This document shows, one piece after another, positions 10,122-18,912 of a DNA stretch of 64,000 bases. How positions within the stretch are numbered: the first letter of the stretch is position 1; every line of letters begins with the position of its first letter. The translations under genes were made by a program, and so were the position numbers. Below the pieces are notes generated by a model. The model ran no database searches and had not been told where the DNA came from. It saw only the letters and a list, made by a program, of their open reading frames with translations. The stretch is from an uncultured Actinomycetes bacterium (GTDB lineage Bacteria > Actinomycetota > Thermoleophilia > RBG-16-64-13), in assembly GCA_963806155.1 (NCBI GenBank), contig CAWDXC010000009.1:120726-184725 (forward strand). The letters run 5' to 3'.

Positions 10122-10397
10122 CTAGATTCCCAGTGCTTCCTCTGCACTCTGAACGGATTCCTCGACGGTGGACGCCAGGGACGAGTCCTCCCCGGAGACA
10201 CTCCCCCATTTCTTGTTCACGACATCCGTGGCCTTTGACCGAACGCTAGAGGCCAGTTTCTGAGCTTCAGACGGCACGTCGGTCAACGAAGCGGGGATGC
10301 TCTTTCCGGTCTCCGCAGAGGCGCGCCATGCAAGCACGAAGACGATTGCCAGCAGGCTCCCCACGAACGCCGCCAAGACCAAGTACGCGAACCTCAT
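10122..10397 (-). CDS. Small hypothetical protein with an N-terminal TM anchor
   Basis: Strong AAGGAGG RBS, hydrophobic N-terminus and amphipathic tail. Confidence 0.65.
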   Translation of the reverse strand: MRFAYLVLAAFVGSLLAIVFVLAWRASAETGKSIPASLTDVPSEAQKLASSVRSKATDVVNKKWGSVSGEDSSLASTVEESVQSAEEALGI

Positions 10398-10681
10398 GCT
10401 GCCTCCTTGTCGTCACCTCTGCCAGCTGTGCACATAGGACTCTGTCTCCTGCAGTACCCCATATTCCCGGAAACAACACCCGCCTCTGAAAAGGGCGCCA
10501 GCTTCTGGGCCCTCGGACTCCCCTTTACCCCCACGCCGCAGCCCGGTAGGATGAGGACGCCGATCGCATCCAGGGCGCCCAGGCGCCTGGTGGGTGACCA
10601 AGACCGGTCGAGTCGGGCGACAAACGGGCCTGACCGGCGTAACGCAGGCAGGGAGGAAAAGGAAGTGAACCAGGAGAGGGC

Positions 10682-11356
10682 ATGAACCAGGACGACATGA
10701 AGAAGCAGGCCGCTCGAGCGGCGCTGGCATACGTTGGGAGCGGCATCATTGGGGTGGGCACGGGCTCGACCGTCGACCACTTCATCGACGCGCTGGCCGG
10801 CATCAGCGAGCGCATCGAGGGAGCGGTCTCGAGCTCCGAAGCGTCGACCGCGCGCCTGCTCAGCTACGGTATCCCGGTCCACGACCTGAACGCGGTCGTG
10901 GACGCGGTCGGCGAGTTGGCCCTGTACGTCGACGGCGCGGATGAGGCAAACCCGGCGCTCCAACTCATCAAGGGCGGCGGCGGCGCGCTCACACGGGAGA
11001 AGATCGTGGCGTCGGCCAGCCGGCGCTTCGTGTGCATCGGCGACGAAGGCAAGCTGGTCGACGTGCTGGGACGGTTCCCGCTCCCGGTGGAGGTCATCCC
11101 CATGGCCCGAAGCTGCGTAGCGCGCGAACTGGTGCGGCTCGGTGGGTCGCCCGTTTGGCGCGGGGGCTTCGTCACCGACAACGGCAACGCGATCCTGGAC
11201 GTCCACGGGCTCGAGATACGAGATCCCGTCGAGTGGGAATGCCGCATCAACGACATCGCCGGGGTGGTCACCGTGGGTCTGTTCGCCATGCGCCCGGCGG
11301 ACGTCCTTATCCTCGGCACCCCCAGCGGGCCGCGCGTGCTGGAGGCGCAGACCTAG
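10682..11356 (+). CDS. rpiA: Ribose-5-phosphate isomerase A
   Basis: [27 protein letters not shown] and TDNGN motifs. Confidence 0.97.
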   Translation: MNQDDMKKQAARAALAYVGSGIIGVGTGSTVDHFIDALAGISERIEGAVSSSEASTARLLSYGIPVHDLNAVVDAVGELALYVDGADEANPALQLIKGGGGALTREKIVASASRRFVCIGDEGKLVDVLGRFPLPVEVIPMARSCVARELVRLGGSPVWRGGFVTDNGNAILDVHGLEIRDPVEWECRINDIAGVVTVGLFAMRPADVLILGTPSGPRVLEAQT

Positions 11357-11591
11357 AGGCCCAGGCGCAGAGGCGGGAGCCGGCGGCTCCAGACCCAGGA
11401 GACGCGCGACAACACCCGGCCGACGGCGCCAGACGCCGCGAGCGCGCGGCTGCGCTCCCCGAGAGGCGACGGACAGCCGCCGGGCGAAGACGCATCGTCA
11501 CGCAAAGAAAGGCCGGAGCGACATGACCCGGTGCGTCTTCGATCCCGAGGAACTGCAGGAAGCCGCCGATTTCGGCCAAGGCCAGTTGGGC

Positions 11592-12773
11592 CTACGGCCC
11601 CAGCGCCGTTCCGGCGCCCCCCTTCGAACTGGTCAACGCACGAACGTCGACCCCTGCTATCGCCTCGCTCAGATCGGCCACCCGGGCAAGGGCGGCCAGC
11701 ACCCGCGCCGTGGCATACGGCGAGGGCTGCTTCTTCTGACCGAAGGAAAACTCCTCGAAGCCCTGGTAACAGGAGGGCGGGGTCACCGTACCGGTGGCCG
11801 GGTCGACGTTGTAGGCGATGAGACAGGCTGCGATCTCGGCGATCGCCCGAACGTCCCCGGCGCGAACGCCGTGGTTGCGCGTATCCTGCCCCCATGCATC
11901 CGCCGCCCAGGAGTCCTCAGCCCCTGGCTCGGGCGATCCCGTCGAAGCCCACAACTTCCGATAGCGCCCCACCGCGTCCAGTACCGTCAGCGCGTTGTAC
12001 CAGGTAGCCGGCCACTTGACCCGCTTGAACTGCCGCCCGTGCCCAAACATGTAGGGCTTCTCGCTACCGCGCTCGAGCCATGCCCTCAGCGAGACCCGGG
12101 CCACTTCGACCAGCCAACCGGGACGCCGTTCCGGTGGTAGGTAGGAGAACGCCCGCAGAGCCTGCAATGTCACCAGCGGGCAGAAATCTGCTTTGCGCCC
12201 CGGCCCGCGAAAACCGCTGGAGGGCTCGGGGCGGCAAGGCCAGGTTCGTCCCTGAGCCAGATCGGCCACGTCGGCGTCCATCCGTTCCATGGCCCGCGAG
12301 ACCCGGGGATCCTCTCCGCGCCCGAACCGCACCAAGACCTCGACGACGGCATGACTATCGCACAGCAATGCATGCCAGCCAGGCTCCGACGAGCGCAGCC
12401 GGCCGAAGCTCTGGAAGCGACCCTCCTCGTCCTGATGGCGCAACATCACGTCGATGACCCCATCCACCCGCGGGTCGTCCCCGGGGGCAACGCCCATGTC
12501 GGCCAGAAGCCCCAGCAGATTGGGCGCGTACAGTGGCCGGTCGTGTCCGGAGATGTCGTTCTCGGCTTCCCAATCACGCAGTCGCTCGAGCAACGCGTGT
12601 ACAGCCGGGTCGGCGGTCGCGGCCGCACGCGCCGCCACGACCGCGGGATCGTCCGCCGCCAGCCCAAGGACTCCCGTGAGCGTCAGCCAGCGCGCCCCCG
12701 GCTCGGCCGACGCGAGGAGCCAATTCACCGGGTCGGCGCCGAGGAGGCGGGTGCGTGTCTGGGAGTCAACCAA
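11592..12773 (-). CDS. Conserved hypothetical protein, probably an alpha/alpha-toroid (prenyltransferase/squalene-oxidase-repeat-like) fold
   Basis: 393-aa ORF with protein-like composition (WLL...EP..R, HQDEEG.F, GPGRK.D.CP, WYNAL..LD); fold is inference. Confidence 0.6.
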   Translation of the reverse strand: MVDSQTRTRLLGADPVNWLLASAEPGARWLTLTGVLGLAADDPAVVAARAAATADPAVHALLERLRDWEAENDISGHDRPLYAPNLLGLLADMGVAPGDDPRVDGVIDVMLRHQDEEGRFQSFGRLRSSEPGWHALLCDSHAVVEVLVRFGRGEDPRVSRAMERMDADVADLAQGRTWPCRPEPSSGFRGPGRKADFCPLVTLQALRAFSYLPPERRPGWLVEVARVSLRAWLERGSEKPYMFGHGRQFKRVKWPATWYNALTVLDAVGRYRKLWASTGSPEPGAEDSWAADAWGQDTRNHGVRAGDVRAIAEIAACLIAYNVDPATGTVTPPSCYQGFEEFSFGQKKQPSPYATARVLAALARVADLSEAIAGVDVRALTSSKGGAGTALGP

Positions 12774-12814
12774 GACTGCCTTCCACCATCCTCATGGGCG
12801 TTGGGCCGGCAGAA

Positions 12815-13030
12815 TCAGGTCGACGCCTGGACTTTGACCGGCAGCGATCCCAACTCCAGCCGAGACCAGTCGACAACCGTTGAAGCCCGATCGATATCGA
12901 TGCCGACCAAACGGCCCGACTCATCAAAGTCCAGAACGATGCCAGGAGCGACCTCGCGGGAGTCGACGCTCGCTCTCTCTGAGAGATCGATATAGAGGGA
13001 ATCGGTCTCTGGATAGTACTGGAATCTCAC
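12815..13030 (-). CDS. DUF2283-domain protein (putative antitoxin)
   Basis: YYPETDSLYI.L.....DS.EV..GIVLDFD..G.LVGI.I motif; GAGG RBS before GTG. Confidence 0.9.
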   Translation of the reverse strand: MRFQYYPETDSLYIDLSERASVDSREVAPGIVLDFDESGRLVGIDIDRASTVVDWSRLELGSLPVKVQAST

Positions 13031-13032
13031 GG

Positions 13033-13197
13033 CTACACCTCTCGGTAGTTCCTATCTGGGAAGGCGTTGTGGACGGTGCCTGCCGTTGGGCTGGTGTTCG
13101 CGCCTCACCGGACTTCGCAATGCTTCCTCACACCATTCTCTGCGAATGTAGGGCCGTTCCGTAAGGCCTGCTCTTCGAAGTGCCACGTGGTCTTCAA
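13033..13197 (-). pseudogene. Internally deleted toxin-like partner of DUF2283
   Basis: Reads MKTTWHFEEQALR(K)RPYIRREWCEEALRSPVRREHQPNGR, then jumps to TVHNAFPDRNYREV*; the usual middle segment is missing. Extended -10 TGCTACTAT at 13210-13218. Confidence 0.7.
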
Positions 13198-13296
13198 GCC
13201 TTCCCTTTGATAGTAGCATCGGGGTTACGTTAGCCGCTGTCTGCCTGCCTGGTCCTTTGACTTTGGGCCGATCTTGGCACTGCCTCCTCCAGCAGC

Positions 13297-13352
13297 TTGT
13301 CATACGAACATTTGTTCGTATATAATCGCGCTCTCTTACGAACGTATGTTCA
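13297..13352 (+). promoter_or_regulatory. Sigma-A promoter with two LexA (SOS) boxes upstream of dnaE2
   Basis: TTGTCA (13297)-N18-TATAAT (13321); TACGAACATTTGTTCGTA fills the spacer (13303-13320); second box CGAACGTATGTTCA at 13339-13352. Confidence 0.9.
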
Positions 13353-13414
13353 GAACAAGGACCGTATTTTGAACTGTTGCTATCCATATTTCTAAAAATG
13401 CAACGTTCATTGCA

Positions 13415-16400
13415 ATGAACAGATATGACAATCCACCGGAAAACGGCCATTCCGACGGCCACTCTGATGGTCACCCCCGCGGCCATTCCAGCGGCCAACC
13501 CAGCGGCCAACCCAGCGGCCGCTTATCCGACTCGAGCACAGACACCCCGGATACGCCGCTCCATCGGTTCGCGGTGCAGCAGATACCGCCCAGTCACGAC
13601 TACATCCGACGGCACAGCACCGGCCCCGCTGAGCCGGCCGCACCCTGCTACGGCGCGATCCACAAGTTCGGCTACACCCGTCAGCTCAAGAGGCACGAAC
13701 AGCAGCCTTCTGCCGACGCCGGCACCTCGGCACACTCCCCCGTGGCGACCGATATTTCCACTCCCGACGTCTCGCCCGACACGTCCCCTGAGGCCTGCTC
13801 TGAGGCCTGCCCCTCCCCTTTCGTCCATCTCCACGTGCACTCGAACTTCTCGTTCCTCGACGGCGGGAGCCGGATCGAAGAGCTCGTCGCCCGCGCCGCC
13901 GAGCTGGGACAACCGGCCCTCGCTCTCACCGACCATGACGGCCTCTACGGCGCACTTCGTTTCGCCAAGGCCTGTGCCAAACACGGCATCAAGCCGATCT
14001 TCGGAGCTGAGGTACGGGTTGAGTCGTTGCTCGCCACCCACCGGCCGGACACCCACTCCGACGACCCTCACCATCTCGTCCTCCTGGCCGAGACCCGCGA
14101 GGGTTATGCCAATCTCTGTCGCCTTCTCTCAGCTGCCCACCTCGCCGATCCCAACCGCGAGCACCCACCTCTCCTGACCCTCGAGTCCCTGCGCATCCAC
14201 GCCGAAGGACTCATCTGCCTCACCGCCTGCCGCCACGGGGAAGTAGGGCACCTAATCGACAGCGGCCGCCCCGCCGACGCTCTCCGCGCACTTCTTCGCC
14301 TCCGCGACATCTTCGGCCCCGATCACCTTTATGTAGAGCTTCAGTATTTCCGATACGAACCTCACCAAGAGGCCCATGCCGGCCAGCATGGCTCCGCCGT
14401 CTACCGCAAGACCCCGGCCGTCGGCGGCCGCCTCCGTCATCGCCCCACGGACGAGCATACGACCCACGCACCCAAGCAGCCTGAGGCCTCATCGGCCGTT
14501 TCACTCTCCCCTTCGCCTGCCACTGCTGATTCAGGCCGCGCGGACTCCTCGGTGCTTACCTCACCATTCCCTCTCGGTGCTACCACCGTTACCGACTCCC
14601 ATTTTCCTCCCCTGCGTAACTCTTACAATGCAACCATAGTTGCAATCGGGCCCGCCCTTGAACCCACCAAACCTGGGGAAAACCATCCGACTCCTGCACC
14701 ACCCAAGCCCCGCCCTGATCTCCCCCAGGGGCATCCACAACGCCTCAATCCCTCAGACTACGATGTAGGGTTTCACCGAAACGGTCAACCATGGCGTTTG
14801 TCTTGCCTCACCTACTGCCTCCACCTCACCCGCCTAGCCCAGGCATGCGACGTCCCCACGGTCCTCACTACAAATGCTCACTATGCGGGTAAAACCGACC
14901 GCGCCGTCCATCTGATCTGCCGGGCAGCTGGCCGTGATCAGCCTCTCTCCGAGTATCCGGATGCGATACCCGGTTCACGCTATCTACAGTCTCTATTCTC
15001 ACTTGAGAATTTAGTATCACCGTTTCTGAAGTTAGTCGATTCATCTAGTGAAGTCACATCCGGTGGCGTGCTGGGCGTTGAAGTGCATATAGATATTGAC
15101 GCAATAGAACTTGCATACAGAAGGGAGGGGGCGGCGGCCGAAGCCACCAACGATCTACCTGCGCCGCGCCCCTCACATCCCCTGGCCACCGCGTGGGAGA
15201 TCGCCCAGCGCTGCAACGTCGACCTCGACCTCGGCACCTTCCACTTCCCCAAGGTCGAGGTGCCGGCGGGCGAGACCGCCTACTCGCTCCTGGCTAAGCG
15301 CTGCTTTCGCGGGATCGCCCGTCGCTACAAACCGGTGCCTCCCCGAGCCGTGGAGCTTCTCGAGAAGGAGCTCCGCATGATCCAGCAGATGGATTTCGCT
15401 CATTATTTCCTGGTGGTTCACGACATCGTCAGGTGGGCGCGCACCCAGGGCGTCGCATGCAGCGGCCGGGGTAGCGCAGGCAACTCCATCGTATGTCACG
15501 CGCTCGATATCACCGCCAGCGAGCCTATCCGCCACAACCTGCTGTTCGAGCGGTTCCTCAATCCCAACCGCCGGGAGATGCCCGACATCGACGTGGACTT
15601 CTGTTCCTCGCGCCGGGACGAGGTGATCGAACACATCTACCAGACTTTCGGATCAGAAAACGTGGCCGTCGTGGCCAACGTCAACACCATGTCACCCCGC
15701 TCGGCGGTCCGGATCGTGGCCGAAGCCCTGGGATTCGCCCCCACCGAGATCAACGCCCTGGCCAAGCACGTGCCCCGGCACGGGGATGCCGCCCGCATCC
15801 GGGAGTATCTGGCCGGCGCCTGGCCGGAGCTGCGCGACTCGCCGCTGCAAGACGGCGCCCACGCCATCCCCGCGACCGACGGGTCGCCCGACGGCGCCGG
15901 CGGCACCGCGGGACGCCCCGAGGGCCGCTACAGCCGCTTCCTCGACCTGGTCGAGCGCCTCGACTCCTTCCCCCTGCACCTGGGCACCCATCTGGGGGGC
16001 TTCGTCATCGCCGACCGGCCCATCACCTACTACGCCCCCCTCCAGTGGGCGGCCAAGGGAGTGGTGGTCATCCAGTTCAACAAGGACGATGTCGCCGCCC
16101 TGGGCCTGGTCAAGATGGACATCCTCGGCCTCCGTACCCACTCGGCCGTCTCCGAGACCGTCCACCTCATCCAGCAGCGCACCGGGCGCCGCATCCGCCC
16201 CTACGACCTCCCTCCCGACGATCCCGCCGCCTACGAGATCATCAGCAACGGGGGCTCCATCGGACTCTTCCAGCTGGAGTCGGCCGGCCAGCGCAACCTC
16301 GCCTCCCGCCTGCAGGAGCGGGACTTCGACGACGTCATCGCCGCCATCGCCCTCTACCGGCCCGGTCCACTGGAGGCCGAGATGATCGGCCCCTTCATCG

Positions 16401-18394
16401 ACCGTCGCTGGGGTCTAGAGCCGGTCCGTCTCCCCCACCCCGCCATGGCCGAGGCGGTGGCCGACACCTACGGGGTCATCCTCTACCAGGAGCAGGTGCT
16501 CCGCATCGCCCAATCGGTGGCCGGGTTCGATCTGGCCGATGCCGACTCCCTCCGCCGCGCCATGACCCGCGACCGTAGCCGGGAGGAGATGGCCAAGATC
16601 GGCGAGACCTTCATCGCCCGCGCCGTCGCCCGGGGAGTGCCGAAGGAAGCAGCCCGCGAGGTCTTCCGCCAGCTGGAGGGCTTCGCCGCCTACGGGTTCA
16701 ACAAGAGCCATTCGGTGTGCTTCGCCGTCATCAGCTACGCGACGGCCTGGCTCAAGGCCTACTACCCGGCCGAGTTCCTGTGCGCTGTGCTGAACAACCA
16801 GCCCATGGGCTTCTACACCCCGCGCACGGTGCTGAACGACGCCCGCCGCTTTGGGCTGGAAGTCCGGCCGCTGGATATCAACCTGTCGGGGCGGGGGTTC
16901 ACGGTGGAAGATGAGATACCGCCTGATCCGTGGAGTGGTACCAGGATGGAATGCCGGGCGGCTAATGATGCTTCCGGGTGGGATGACGGGGCGGCGACTG
17001 ACACCCTTCTACAGTCGGCTGCGCCGGAAGCCACACACACCATTGGGGCGCAGCCCGCCGGGGCCGCGAGCGGCGCCCTCGGGACGTGCGTCCGCGAGGC
17101 GGTTAGTTCGATCGCCCGTCCCACGGGGACGAAAGCCCCCTACGACCCCTTCGCCCAAGCCTGGACCGCCGAGCACGACTGGGGCCTCACCGAGGCCGAT
17201 CTAGCCGAGCTACAGGCCGAGCAGGAGGGGGAGCAGGCCTATGCCGAAGCTCTGCGGGCGGCGCTGGAGCAGGCGCATGAAGGTGAGACGCACTGTGAGG
17301 ATGGGGAAACCCAGGGTGACCGGCCAACCCCGGGGGATGGGGCAAAATCTGGTCCCGTTTCGACGGACGGTGCCGCCACCCCACCGCCCAGTCCGGCACC
17401 GGATGACGAGCCACCCCCGGCCGAGGGCGCAGTCCCCGAGGCGGGGCGCGAAGCGCCGCCGCCGTCACCGCCGGCCGGCGCCGCCGGTCCCCCCTGCCCC
17501 GGCGACCTCCTCCTCCCCCGCGCGCCCCGCGCCCGCGGAGGCGTGGAGCCCGGAGCCTGCCTCGCTCCCAGCTGCGGCATCGCCCCGGATGCCGGCCGGG
17601 CCCTGCGGGTGGGATTCTCTTATCTCAAGCAGATGGGCGACCGTACCCTCGACCGCATCGAGGAGGAACGCCGCCACGGCCCCTTCACCAGCTTCGAGGA
17701 CTTCTACCTGCGCACCCGCGTCGACTATCCCGTAGCCGAGAACCTCATCCGGGTGGGCGCCTTCGCCTCCCTGGAGCCCGACCGCACCGAACTGCTCTGG
17801 CGCCTGCCTCTGCTACACGACCGGCTGGAGGCGCTCTCTGGATCCTCCGGGGGAAGGCGCGGCCAGTTGCGGGCGTTCTTCTCTCCGCCGAGCCGCGCCG
17901 GACTGGAGAGGCACTGGACCTCAGAGGACAAGGTCCGCTCCGAGCTCGATCTCCTGGGACTCACCGTGAGCTGCCATCCCCTGAAGCTCTACGAGGAAGA
18001 GCTCCGCCGGATGGGGGTGCGGATGAGCTACGAGCTTCCCGGCCTGGGAGACGAGATGCCGGTGACGGTGGCCGGCGTCTACGAGCGGGCCCAGAACCCC
18101 TGGATGCGCTCGGGAAGAAGGACCATGTTCCTGACCTTAGAGGACGCTTACGGCCTCTTCGAGTGCGTCTGCTTCGAGAGCAAGCTGGCCAGGATCGCCC
18201 CGGTGGTGGCCCGGGCCAGCTACTTCCTGGTCCGGGGACGCCTGCAGAACAACCACAGGCGGGGGCTGGCCATCGTGGCCGAGGAGGTCTTCGATCTGGA
18301 GGAGGCGCTGGTTAGGAGGCGGGCTGGAAAGCGAGGGGCCGGTCCGGGGGCGGGGACGACCGCTATGCGCCGTGGCCCAGATCAGTATCTCTGA
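13415..18394 (+). CDS. dnaE2: Error-prone DNA polymerase III alpha (DnaE2) with N-terminal extension and large in-frame insertions; start codon uncertain
   Basis: PHP motifs HLHVHSNFSFLDG and LTDHDG; RGSAGNS, PDIDVDF, KMDILG, RPGP, GFNKSH; DnaE2-type LNNQPMGFY; C-terminal OB fold; SOS boxes upstream. Confidence 0.92.
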   Translation: MNRYDNPPENGHSDGHSDGHPRGHSSGQPSGQPSGRLSDSSTDTPDTPLHRFAVQQIPPSHDYIRRHSTGPAEPAAPCYGAIHKFGYTRQLKRHEQQPSADAGTSAHSPVATDISTPDVSPDTSPEACSEACPSPFVHLHVHSNFSFLDGGSRIEELVARAAELGQPALALTDHDGLYGALRFAKACAKHGIKPIFGAEVRVESLLATHRPDTHSDDPHHLVLLAETREGYANLCRLLSAAHLADPNREHPPLLTLESLRIHAEGLICLTACRHGEVGHLIDSGRPADALRALLRLRDIFGPDHLYVELQYFRYEPHQEAHAGQHGSAVYRKTPAVGGRLRHRPTDEHTTHAPKQPEASSAVSLSPSPATADSGRADSSVLTSPFPLGATTVTDSHFPPLRNSYNATIVAIGPALEPTKPGENHPTPAPPKPRPDLPQGHPQRLNPSDYDVGFHRNGQPWRLSCLTYCLHLTRLAQACDVPTVLTTNAHYAGKTDRAVHLICRAAGRDQPLSEYPDAIPGSRYLQSLFSLENLVSPFLKLVDSSSEVTSGGVLGVEVHIDIDAIELAYRREGAAAEATNDLPAPRPSHPLATAWEIAQRCNVDLDLGTFHFPKVEVPAGETAYSLLAKRCFRGIARRYKPVPPRAVELLEKELRMIQQMDFAHYFLVVHDIVRWARTQGVACSGRGSAGNSIVCHALDITASEPIRHNLLFERFLNPNRREMPDIDVDFCSSRRDEVIEHIYQTFGSENVAVVANVNTMSPRSAVRIVAEALGFAPTEINALAKHVPRHGDAARIREYLAGAWPELRDSPLQDGAHAIPATDGSPDGAGGTAGRPEGRYSRFLDLVERLDSFPLHLGTHLGGFVIADRPITYYAPLQWAAKGVVVIQFNKDDVAALGLVKMDILGLRTHSAVSETVHLIQQRTGRRIRPYDLPPDDPAAYEIISNGGSIGLFQLESAGQRNLASRLQERDFDDVIAAIALYRPGPLEAEMIGPFIDRRWGLEPVRLPHPAMAEAVADTYGVILYQEQVLRIAQSVAGFDLADADSLRRAMTRDRSREEMAKIGETFIARAVARGVPKEAAREVFRQLEGFAAYGFNKSHSVCFAVISYATAWLKAYYPAEFLCAVLNNQPMGFYTPRTVLNDARRFGLEVRPLDINLSGRGFTVEDEIPPDPWSGTRMECRAANDASGWDDGAATDTLLQSAAPEATHTIGAQPAGAASGALGTCVREAVSSIARPTGTKAPYDPFAQAWTAEHDWGLTEADLAELQAEQEGEQAYAEALRAALEQAHEGETHCEDGETQGDRPTPGDGAKSGPVSTDGAATPPPSPAPDDEPPPAEGAVPEAGREAPPPSPPAGAAGPPCPGDLLLPRAPRARGGVEPGACLAPSCGIAPDAGRALRVGFSYLKQMGDRTLDRIEEERRHGPFTSFEDFYLRTRVDYPVAENLIRVGAFASLEPDRTELLWRLPLLHDRLEALSGSSGGRRGQLRAFFSPPSRAGLERHWTSEDKVRSELDLLGLTVSCHPLKLYEEELRRMGVRMSYELPGLGDEMPVTVAGVYERAQNPWMRSGRRTMFLTLEDAYGLFECVCFESKLARIAPVVARASYFLVRGRLQNNHRRGLAIVAEEVFDLEEALVRRRAGKRGAGPGAGTTAMRRGPDQYL
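13445..13528 (+). repeat. Seven degenerate 12-bp tandem repeats in the dnaE2 5' extension
   Basis: GGCCA(T/C/A)(T/C)CC(A/G)(G/A)C-like units encoding GHSD GHSD GHPR GHSS GQPS GQPS GRLS. Confidence 0.85.
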
Positions 18395-18505
18395 GTCTGC
18401 GGCATCGAGGGCGCCGATCTCCGACCAATTCTGTGCCTCGTGACCGTTGACGCGCAGCCGGTCCGCCCAAGCGGGCGAGAGGTTGACGTCGACCACGACC
18501 CTCAT
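18365..18505 (-). pseudogene. 5' stub of a DUF5615 PIN-like toxin
   Basis: MRVVVDVNLSPAW...GHEA.NWSEIGA.DA.DSEI..WA..H matches the family N-terminus; similarity ends at about 47 aa, where it runs into the dnaE2 3' end. Confidence 0.75.
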
Positions 18506-18774
18506 CCGGTGACAAGGTCCACTTCTCGCTCTTCTGCCCGCCAGGCTGCGTAGGCCAGAGCCTGAGCGATATCCTCTCGTTGGAGATACGGGTAGGCGGC
18601 AAGAATCCGGTCAGCGTCGTAGCCGGTGGACACGAGCCCCACTATCGTCCCGACGGTCACGCGAGTGCCCCGCACGCAAGGTTTGCCGCCCATGATGGCC
18701 GGGTTGGTGGTGATATGATTGGGGTGATGCGGTGCATGCTCGGTCCCCTTCGGTCCCAATGATGCCCTCGGCAT
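18502..18774 (-). CDS. DUF433-domain antitoxin; start uncertain (an out-of-frame ATG with RBS lies at 18737)
   Basis: ITTNPAIMGGKPCVRGTRVTV..I......IL..YP.L..EDI..AL.YAA; ATGA overlap with the DUF5615 stub. Confidence 0.88.
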   Translation of the reverse strand: MPRASLGPKGTEHAPHHPNHITTNPAIMGGKPCVRGTRVTVGTIVGLVSTGYDADRILAAYPYLQREDIAQALAYAAWRAEEREVDLVTG

Positions 18775-18912
18775 AGCCCGACGCGCGATCGACAAGGATA
18801 GTCGACGAACCCTACTCGCCCCCCCGCCTCGTCGCCTGCCCGGCCGCGGTCAGACCGCCAGCATGAGGCATCCGAACATGAGGCATCCGAACGCGAGGAG
18901 GTACAGCGATAC

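Noticed and set aside
11523-11600. Possible gene start MTRCVFDPEELQEAADFG with a GGAG RBS after rpiA
   Set aside because: It runs antisense into the 11592-12773 gene and I recognise no family; it may be a stub but is unsupported.
11592-12773. Nitrogenase (NifH) assignment sometimes attached to similar proteins
   Set aside because: No P-loop or NifH Cys motifs and no nif genes nearby.
13415-18394. Inteins in dnaE2
   Set aside because: No Cys/Ser at insert starts, no His-Asn plus Cys/Ser/Thr at insert ends, no LAGLIDADG motif, and the usual DnaE intein site near GFNKSH is uninterrupted.
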